A stretch of 13,342 nucleotides of DNA, from assembly GCA_046758705.1 (NCBI GenBank), contig JBHIAT010000100.1:1-13342 (forward strand). Direction: 5' to 3'. How positions within the stretch are numbered: position 1 is the stretch's first letter; each line of letters starts with the position of its first letter. Shown here one piece after another: positions 7,451-13,342 of this stretch. This stretch comes from Candidatus Bipolaricaulia bacterium (lineage in GTDB: Bacteria > Bipolaricaulota > Bipolaricaulia > JBHIAT01). Position numbers and translations under genes: made by a program. The notes under the pieces are model-generated. The model did no database searches and was not told the DNA's origin. It saw only the letters and a list, made by a program, of their open reading frames with translations.

Positions 7451-8383
7451 TTAGGCTTGCGACCAGGTGACCACCGGGTTGGTTAACCTCCCCAGCCCCT
7501 CGACCTCGATGCTCACCCGGTCCCCTGGCTTTAAGAAGACTTGGGGATCGCGAAATACGCCCACCCCGTGGGGCGTTCCGGTGGCGATGATATCGCCCGG
7601 CATCAGGGTGAACGCTCGACTGGTGAACGCCACCAGCTCAGGGACCTTGAAGATCATCTCCCCGGTGCTCGAGTCCTGGAGCACCTGGTCGTTGACGGTG
7701 CATCGGATCGCCAGACGGTGGGGATCCTCGATCTCGTCGTGGGTCACCAGATACGGTCCGATCGGACAGAACGTATCCAGCGATTTTCCTCGAACCCACT
7801 GACCGTCATCGAACTGGAGATCACGGGCGGAGACATCATCGAGGTTCATATAGCCGGCCACATAGTCGTACGCCCGCTCGGGAGAGACGGACCGCGCCCG
7901 CCTCCCGATCACGACCGCAAGCTCGGCCTCGCAGTCGACCTGCTGGGCGAGATCCGGCGGCCAGGTGATTGGAACTCCCGGACCGATGATCGCCGACGGG
8001 TACTTGGCGAAGATGATCGGCCGTTCGGGTGGATCGACCCCCTGCTCCCGGCAGTGATCCATGTAGTTCAACCCGATGGCAACGATCTTCTGCGGGTCTG
8101 GGACCGGCGCCGTCAGTTTCACCTCGTTCGGCCCGAAGACGACCTCCCCCGCAAGGTCTTGTTCCTGCTCCAAAGCGGACTCTATCCAGCGGAGCGTCTC
8201 ATCAGCCGCCTGCCGCGCCGGTTTACCCTGTTCCAGAAATGTCCGCATCGTCGGAGCGAGCGACTCTCCGGTTCGCTCGGTATGGGCGCGATTCAGATCG
8301 ACGATCTGATCGTCTCCGCTTCTGCCTTTGAGGACAGTCCCGACAGCGTCGCGTCCTTCCCTGATAAAGGTGACCAATCGCAT
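7451..8383 (-). CDS. Fumarylacetoacetate hydrolase (FAH) family protein
   Basis: Motifs IGLNYMDH, PIIFAK, D-x-EAELAVVIG, DVSARDLQ, WVRGKSLDTFCPIGP, PGDIIATGTPHGVG. Purine-rich SD upstream. Confidence 0.92.
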   Translation of the reverse strand: MRLVTFIREGRDAVGTVLKGRSGDDQIVDLNRAHTERTGESLAPTMRTFLEQGKPARQAADETLRWIESALEQEQDLAGEVVFGPNEVKLTAPVPDPQKIVAIGLNYMDHCREQGVDPPERPIIFAKYPSAIIGPGVPITWPPDLAQQVDCEAELAVVIGRRARSVSPERAYDYVAGYMNLDDVSARDLQFDDGQWVRGKSLDTFCPIGPYLVTHDEIEDPHRLAIRCTVNDQVLQDSSTGEMIFKVPELVAFTSRAFTLMPGDIIATGTPHGVGVFRDPQVFLKPGDRVSIEVEGLGRLTNPVVTWSQA

Positions 8384-8402
8384 CGATCTACTCTCCCCTC
8401 CT

Positions 8403-8434
8403 CTACTTTCTAACTTTTAACTTTTTAACTTTTC
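8403..8434. repeat. Short AT-rich tandem repeat: four ACTTT cores with 7-8 bp period
   Basis: ctactttc-taactttt-aactttt-taacttttc, with cores at 8405, 8413, 8420 and 8428. Overlaps the stop codon of the DHDPS-like gene. Confidence 0.6.
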
Positions 8435-9336
8435 ACTCTATTGAGCACACCCAGCGCGTCCAATTGACTGTGGAGCTTCTCCATCTCCTCCGGTCCGAGC
8501 CGGGTCAGCGGAGCCCGAGGGCCGCCCACCGACAGGCTGCGGAGCTCCAGGGCCGCCTTGAAGCCGGAGATCGGCCATTCCATCAACGTTGCCCGGATCG
8601 CGGTCACTTGATCTTGAAGCCGTTTCGCCTCCTCCAGATCCCCCGAGATGAACGCTTCGTATATGCCGACCACCAGCTCCGGGAAGACGTTGGAGGTCGC
8701 GGAAACGCCTCCTGTTGCGTTCAGCGACAGAGCCGAGTAAATGAGCGCATCGTTGCCTATAAGGAACGTGAAATCCTCGATCCGTTGTACCGCTTGGTAG
8801 AACCAGTTGAGATCCCCGGAGCTGTCCTTGATTCCCCGGACGTTGGGGATCTCGGCCAGCGCCTCCAGGGTCTCCAGCGACAGGGTGTTGCCGGTGCGTG
8901 GGGGGATGTGATAGATGAAGATCGGCAGGTCGATCGATTCGGCCACCGCCCGGTAATGGGCGAGCGCTCCGGCATGGGACAGGGAGTAGTAATAGGGGGT
9001 GACCACGACCACGCCGTCGGCACCAACCCGTTCAGCATACTGACTCAGCGCCACCGTCTCGGCCGTCCCCGCAGATCCGACTCCGGCCAGCACCGGAACC
9101 CGGCCGGCGGCCTGGTCGACCGCCGTCTCGATCACCCGACGCTTCTCTTCGAAGTTGAGCAGCGGGAATTCTCCATTGGTCCCGAGCACGAACACACCGT
9201 GAACGCCGCCTCGGATCACAAACTCCAGATGTTTGCTCGTTCCTTCAACATCGAGTTCGCCGTCGTCATCGAACGCCGTGAACGTCGGCGTGATGATCCC
9301 GTGAAGCACATCATCAAATCTGTTCTCTACACCCAT
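8425..9336 (-). CDS. DHDPS/NAL-family class I aldolase (DapA-like; probably a 2-keto-3-deoxy sugar-acid aldolase or dehydratase from context)
   Basis: Motifs LGTNGEF, GRVPVLAGVG, VVTPYYY, IYHIPPRTG, Schiff-base GIKDSSG. Start set at ATG 9336 with GAGGTG SD 6 nt upstream, overlapping the eda stop. Confidence 0.85.
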   Translation of the reverse strand: MGVENRFDDVLHGIITPTFTAFDDDGELDVEGTSKHLEFVIRGGVHGVFVLGTNGEFPLLNFEEKRRVIETAVDQAAGRVPVLAGVGSAGTAETVALSQYAERVGADGVVVVTPYYYSLSHAGALAHYRAVAESIDLPIFIYHIPPRTGNTLSLETLEALAEIPNVRGIKDSSGDLNWFYQAVQRIEDFTFLIGNDALIYSALSLNATGGVSATSNVFPELVVGIYEAFISGDLEEAKRLQDQVTAIRATLMEWPISGFKAALELRSLSVGGPRAPLTRLGPEEMEKLHSQLDALGVLNRVKS

Positions 9337-9346
9337 ATGGAACACC

Positions 9347-9985
9347 TCATTTGTCTGCCCGCGCCTGCTTCACGGCCTCCACGAACCGTCGGGCCGTATC
9401 CGTTAGCTTCGCCCAGTCCTTATTTGCCACCGCCATCTTGTCCACCATGGCGCTGCCCGCGCCCACGGCGCACGCGCCCGCCTTGATGAACTCCGGCGTG
9501 GTCTGGATGTTCACCCCACCCGTCGGCATCAGCCGCACTTGCGGGAACGGACCCTTGAGATCCTTGAAATAGGACGGTCCACCCACCGACGCCGAGAACA
9601 CCTTCACCACGTCCGCACCCGCTTGCCAGGCCGTCAGGATCTCCGTCGGCGTGAATCCCCCTGGCATCACCACCTTCCCGTAGCGCTTGGCCATCTCGAT
9701 CATGCCTAAGTTCAACGCCGGACCTACCACGTACTCCGCTCCGGCCAAGATCGCCGCCCGCGCCGTCTCGGCATCCAGCACCGACCCCACGCCCACGATC
9801 GTATCTTCCATCTTTGCCGCCGCCTCGATCACCTTCAGCGCCCCCGGCACAGTCATTGTCACCTCGATCGCCACCACGCCCCCGTCGCGCAGTGCCTTGG
9901 CCACGTCCATCAACTGCGTCGGCGAATCCGCGCGCAGCACGGCCACCACACCGCAATCGATAATCCGGTCCAGGATGCTAGCCAT
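9347..9985 (-). CDS. eda: KDPG/KHG aldolase
   Basis: Motifs VVAVLRA, GGVVAIEVT, VGVGSVL, PGGFTPTEI, GADVVKVF, GPFPQVRLMPTGGV. GAGGGAGGGG SD. Adjacent to kdgK. Confidence 0.92.
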   Translation of the reverse strand: MASILDRIIDCGVVAVLRADSPTQLMDVAKALRDGGVVAIEVTMTVPGALKVIEAAAKMEDTIVGVGSVLDAETARAAILAGAEYVVGPALNLGMIEMAKRYGKVVMPGGFTPTEILTAWQAGADVVKVFSASVGGPSYFKDLKGPFPQVRLMPTGGVNIQTTPEFIKAGACAVGAGSAMVDKMAVANKDWAKLTDTARRFVEAVKQARADK

Positions 9986-10065
9986 CGTCCCCCCTCCCTC
10001 AAAAAATATCCGGATGCTTCACTCAAGTACTCGAACCTCTGAGACCAGGGCAGCTCCATGCGGCC

Positions 10066-11109
10066 TTACCGGCGGATGCGCGCAGCGCCGCTTTTGGTCG
10101 CCGCCTCCGTCTCCGCCCGGGTCGCCCAATTCACGTCTCCCGGGAAGGTATGGGCCAACGCTGAATAGGCCCCCGCAAAGTCCACCGCCGTCTGCAGATC
10201 CTTGTCCTCTAACAGGCTGACGATCAGGCCCGCTGAGAAGCTGTCTCCCCCCCCCACCCGGTCCACGATCTCCATATCTTCATAGATCCGGCACAGGTAG
10301 AACTCCTTGCCGTCGAACAACAGTGTCCGCCAGTCGTTTAGAAGCCCCGTTTTGGCCACCCGCAGCGTCGTCCCCACGTACTCCACGTTCGGGTACTGCT
10401 CGACGACCCTGCGGGCCACCTCCTTGTAGCTCTCGGGATCCAGCGCGCTGTAGTCCTCAGTCGTCCCCTCAGCCTTCAACCCCAGGACCTTGTCGAAGTC
10501 CTCTTCATTCCCGAGCAGCACCTTCACCAGCGGCATGAACTGCTTCGTTGTCTCCTGCGCCTGCTCCGGACTCCAGAGCTTCGATCGAAAGTTTAGATCA
10601 TAGCTCGTCGTCACACCCACCTGGTTCGCCGCCTTCAGTGCCTCTAAGGTCGTCGCCGCCGCGCTCTCCGACAGTGCCGGCGTAATTCCGCTCACGTGAA
10701 ACCACCGTGTTTCGTCAAAGAGCGCCTTCCAGTCAATCATCCCGGGCTCGACCTTTGAGATCGCCGAGTGCCCTCGGTCGTAGGTCACTGCGCTGGCTCG
10801 GGGCCCCACTCCCACTTCCAGATGGTAGAACCCGTTTCGCTCCAGGCCAACCCCGTCGAACGGCACCCAGATGATGTGGGACATATCCACCCTATGTTCG
10901 CGGCCCTTATTTCGGATGAGTCGCCCCGTCCAGTTGTCCACCAGCCGGGACACCCACGCCGTCTTCAGGCCTAAGTGCGCGCACCCCACCGCCACATTGT
11001 ATTCACCCCCGCCGACTTCCACGTCTAACTTCGTCGCGTTTTCCAACCGTCGGTACTCCGGCGACGACAGCCGGATCATCGCCTCTCCGAACGTTACCAC
11101 ATCGTACAT
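10066..11109 (-). CDS. kdgK: 2-dehydro-3-deoxygluconokinase-like PfkB sugar kinase
   Basis: Probable start ATG 11109 (MYDVVTFGEAMIRLS). Motifs GGGEYNVA, YDR, FHVSGITPALS, SYDLNFRSKLWS, DRVGGGDSFSAG. Directly upstream of eda. Confidence 0.85.
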   Translation of the reverse strand: MYDVVTFGEAMIRLSSPEYRRLENATKLDVEVGGGEYNVAVGCAHLGLKTAWVSRLVDNWTGRLIRNKGREHRVDMSHIIWVPFDGVGLERNGFYHLEVGVGPRASAVTYDRGHSAISKVEPGMIDWKALFDETRWFHVSGITPALSESAAATTLEALKAANQVGVTTSYDLNFRSKLWSPEQAQETTKQFMPLVKVLLGNEEDFDKVLGLKAEGTTEDYSALDPESYKEVARRVVEQYPNVEYVGTTLRVAKTGLLNDWRTLLFDGKEFYLCRIYEDMEIVDRVGGGDSFSAGLIVSLLEDKDLQTAVDFAGAYSALAHTFPGDVNWATRAETEAATKSGAARIRR

Positions 11110-11134
11110 AGCTTCAATCTCCCCTCCGTTGATC

Positions 11135-12202
11135 TCACCATCCCATCGCCTCCAGGATCGCCTTCTGGGTCGCTGCCACCGAGATCGGCTCCGGCGCGAA
11201 CCGGATCGCGCTCTCGGGATCTTTGAGACCGTGGCCGGTGAGCGTGCAGACGACGGTTGCTCCGTCCTCAAGCAGGTTGGCTCGATCGAGCTTGATCAGG
11301 CCGGCCACAGAGGCCGCCGAAGCAAGCTCGCAGAAGACCCCCTCCAAATCAGCGAGCTGTCGATAGGCGGTCGTGATCTCCGCATCGCTCACCGAGTCGA
11401 TCAGTCCCCCTGATTCGTCCCGGGCGGCCTCGGCCCGCTTCCAGCTCGCCGGATTCCCGATCCGAATCGCAGTTGCGATGGTTCTGGGCTTCTCAATCGA
11501 CCGGCCACAGACGATCGGTGCAGCATCCTCAGCCTGAAAGCCAAGCATCCGTGGCAGCTTGTCGATCTTTCCGGCCCGATGGTACTCCCGGTAACCTTTC
11601 CAGTAGGCGGTGATGTTCCCGGCGTTCCCCACCGGGAGGGCATGGTAGTCAGGCGCGCTTCCAAGCCGGTCACAGATCTCAAACGCCGCCGTCTTCTGTC
11701 CCTCGATCCGGTAGGGGTTGACCGAGTTCACCAGCGTGACCTGATCCTTGAACTCCTCCGCGATCTTCCGGACCAGATCAAGAGCGACGTCGAAACTCCC
11801 CTCGACTTGGAGCACGTTTGCCCCGTGGATCATCGCCTGAGACAGCTTGCCCAGGGCGACCTTGCCCTTCGGGATCAGGATGTAGGAACGCAGCCCCGCC
11901 CGGGCAGCGTAGGCAGCCGCGGCGGCGGCGGTGTTCCCCGTCGAGGCGCAGATCGTGGCCTCGGCCCCATCCTCCACCGCTTTGGAGATCGCCACCGTCA
12001 TCCCCCGATCTTTAAACGAACCGGTTGGGTTGAGCCCCTCATACTTCAGGTGGATCTGGATGTTGCTGTCGAACAGACGCTCCAGTCGTTTCGCCCGAAT
12101 CAGCGGCGTGTTTCCCTCGAGAAGGGTGATAATGTGGCGATCCTCCTCCAGGGGGAGATAACGTCGGTAGGCTCGGATCACTCCCGGCCACATCTTATTC
12201 AC
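11135..12202 (-). CDS. thrC: Threonine synthase
   Basis: Motifs LLEGNTPL, KYEGLNPTGSFKDRG (PLP lysine), CASTGNT, VNSVNPYRIEGQKT, PVGNAGN, TIATAIRIGNPASW, TLTGHGLKDP. Start is GTG 12202 or ATG 12193; no clear SD for either. Confidence 0.95.
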   Translation of the reverse strand: MNKMWPGVIRAYRRYLPLEEDRHIITLLEGNTPLIRAKRLERLFDSNIQIHLKYEGLNPTGSFKDRGMTVAISKAVEDGAEATICASTGNTAAAAAAYAARAGLRSYILIPKGKVALGKLSQAMIHGANVLQVEGSFDVALDLVRKIAEEFKDQVTLVNSVNPYRIEGQKTAAFEICDRLGSAPDYHALPVGNAGNITAYWKGYREYHRAGKIDKLPRMLGFQAEDAAPIVCGRSIEKPRTIATAIRIGNPASWKRAEAARDESGGLIDSVSDAEITTAYRQLADLEGVFCELASAASVAGLIKLDRANLLEDGATVVCTLTGHGLKDPESAIRFAPEPISVAATQKAILEAMGW

Positions 12203-12210
12203 AGAAGTTC

Positions 12211-12253
12211 AGCCGAGGAAGCCCCCTGCTTGAGCAGCGGGGAGGAATCGGCT
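12211..12253 (+). repeat. IS200/IS605 left-end subterminal hairpin with guide tetranucleotide
   Basis: GAAG (12218-12221) sits at the foot of the hairpin CCCC-CTGC-TTGA-GCAG-c-GGGG (12222-12242, one bulged C at 12238). Outer inverted repeat AGCCGA (12211-12216) / TCGGCT (12248-12253). Confidence 0.8.
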
Positions 12254-12268
12254 GCTCGTCCGAAGGAC

Positions 12269-12297
12269 TTGACCTCCTTCCTTGAGTCCGCTACACT
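12269..12297 (+). promoter_or_regulatory. sigma70-type promoter of tnpB, probably giving a leaderless mRNA
   Basis: TTGACC (12269-12274), 17 nt, TACACT (12292-12297). The tnpB ATG begins at 12304 after only 6 intervening nt, with no SD. Confidence 0.7.
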
Positions 12298-12303
12298 TAA
12301 ATC

Positions 12304-13342
12304 ATGCGCAATAAGGAAACCGTTGTGGTTAAAGTTCTGAATCCCAACCAACACAAGATGAACTGGCTTCAGCAAACCGCTGAGGCGTTTGGCCAAGCCG
12401 TGCAACTTGGCCTTGATGCCGCTAAGGAACAACGGACCAGCAGTCGCAACAAGCTTCATAAAGCTGTCTATAAGCCAGCACGCAACCTGGGTCTGCCTGC
12501 TGACTACGCTCGCATGGCTGTGAACGCTGCCGTCTCCCTGGTCCGCTCGTTCTACGGCCAGCTCAAGGCTGGGCTGAAGGCTTCGTTCCCCAAGGTCAAC
12601 GGGAGTCAGAGCCAGGGCATTGGTTTGGGAATCAATGCCTATGAACTGTTGCGTGCTGATAACCGTTGGGTCTTGCGGGTTTCGACGGGCAGGCGAGGGC
12701 ATTACCTCTGGCTGCCGCTGTGTGTTCCACAAAAATACATGGATAGGCTGGAAGCTGTTCAAGGAGATGCGAAGCTCTTTCAGCGCCATGGTGATTGGTA
12801 TGTCATGTTGCCGATCCGTGTTCGTGGTCGCGTAACCCCAACACCGACCGGAAGTTCCGGTGAACACACGTTCATCGGTGTTGACCTGGGCATCGTGAGA
12901 CACGCCACCGTCGCTGCGCCTGATCAGGTTGTCTTCTTCAACGGTAAGCCGGCCAGACATAAGCGAGAGCACTTTGCAAACCTTCGCCGTCGCTACCAGA
13001 GGCACCATCGCCTGGATCGGGTGAAGTGCTCGAAGGGCAAAGAACGCCACTGGATGCGAGACCACAACCACAAGATCAGCCGACAGATCGTTGATCTGGC
13101 CGCCCGGTATCCGCACCCAGTGATCTGCCTTGAGCGGCTTGACGGTATCCGCAACCGCACCCGTGGCAGCAAGCGGTTCAACCGCATGATGGCCTCGTGG
13201 TCGTTCCGCCAACTCGCGGATTTCATCAACTACAAAGCTGCCCGGAAGGGAATCCCTGTGGTCTTCGTCGATCCGCGCAAGACCTCGAAGACCTGTTCTC
13301 GCTGTGGCTACAGCTCCCGTTACAACCGGCATACTCAAGGTG
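12304..13342 (+). CDS. tnpB: RNA-guided endonuclease TnpB (IS200/IS605 OrfB, Cas12f-like); 3' end truncated by the window
   Basis: Manual translation gives 346 codons without a stop: MRNKETVVVKVLNPN... RuvC-I FIGVDLG (D194, 12883), NHKISRQIV, RuvC-II VICLERL (E277, 13132), WSFRQLADFINYKA..GIPVVFVDPRKTSKTCSRCG (Zn-finger C331/C334). Not in the ORF track. Confidence 0.95.
   Translation, partial: MRNKETVVVKVLNPNQHKMNWLQQTAEAFGQAVQLGLDAAKEQRTSSRNKLHKAVYKPARNLGLPADYARMAVNAAVSLVRSFYGQLKAGLKASFPKVNGSQSQGIGLGINAYELLRADNRWVLRVSTGRRGHYLWLPLCVPQKYMDRLEAVQGDAKLFQRHGDWYVMLPIRVRGRVTPTPTGSSGEHTFIGVDLGIVRHATVAAPDQVVFFNGKPARHKREHFANLRRRYQRHHRLDRVKCSKGKERHWMRDHNHKISRQIVDLAARYPHPVICLERLDGIRNRTRGSKRFNRMMASWSFRQLADFINYKAARKGIPVVFVDPRKTSKTCSRCGYSSRYNRHTQG

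Larger units (their letters stand above)
12203..13342 (+). mobile_element. IS200/IS605-family element; no tnpA between the left end and tnpB (IS1341-like unless tnpA lies downstream); right end outside the window
   Basis: Left-end hairpin, GAAG guide at +16..+19 from the base after TCAC, internal promoter, and tnpB ORF. Confidence 0.85.

Noticed and set aside
8425-9336. Assigning the symbol dapA
   Set aside because: It has GTNGE rather than GTTGE and sits in a kdgK-eda-FAH context, so only family-level support exists.
493-10016. Shared TATCCGGATG at 493-502 and 10007-10016 as a common operator
   Set aside because: A single 10-mer match is plausible by chance, and the second copy lies inside an apparent operon.
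11110-11271. N-terminal extension of kdgK given in the ORF track
   Set aside because: It overlaps thrC and is low-complexity R/S-rich. The PfkB fold starts at MYDVVTFGE (11109), which has its own SD.
6682-12340. Long opposite-strand ORFs 6682-7368, 7541-8413, 8464-9486 and 11579-12340
   Set aside because: All are codon-aligned antisense shadows of well-supported enzyme genes.
12199-13338. The 379-aa minus ORF as an ordinary protein-coding gene
   Set aside because: It is antisense and codon-aligned to tnpB, which carries all the recognisable motifs. Kept only as a speculative finding.
12203-13342. CRISPR-Cas12f locus or IStron
   Set aside because: No repeat-spacer array is visible, an IS-type left end directly precedes the gene, only about 100 bp separate the end from the ATG (no room for a group I intron core), and the element is antisense to thrC.

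Overview
Bacterial chromosomal window, moderately GC-rich, with four blocks. (1) The 5' part of a family-5 (OppA/DppA-like) ABC substrate-binding protein gene on the minus strand, running off the left edge and missed by the ORF track. (2) A divergent two-gene module: a membrane protein with signal/anchor, intact-MIDAS vWA domain, TM helix and degenerate FHA-like tail, followed by a 913-aa FtsZ/tubulin-like GTPase (FtsZl1/Tubulin_2 type) with a long helical body and a C-terminal segment resembling the RecA C-terminal domain. This is the most unusual part. (3) A sugar-acid catabolic region of two convergent operons: dhaK-dhaL-HpcH aldolase on plus, and thrC-kdgK-eda-DHDPS-like aldolase-FAH family on minus. 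(4) An IS200/IS605-family element with tnpB, missed by the ORF track and running off the right edge. Its left end can be placed at 12203, directly after a TCAC target that is the reverse complement of the probable thrC start (GTGA). All calls come from manual motif recognition; no searches were run.
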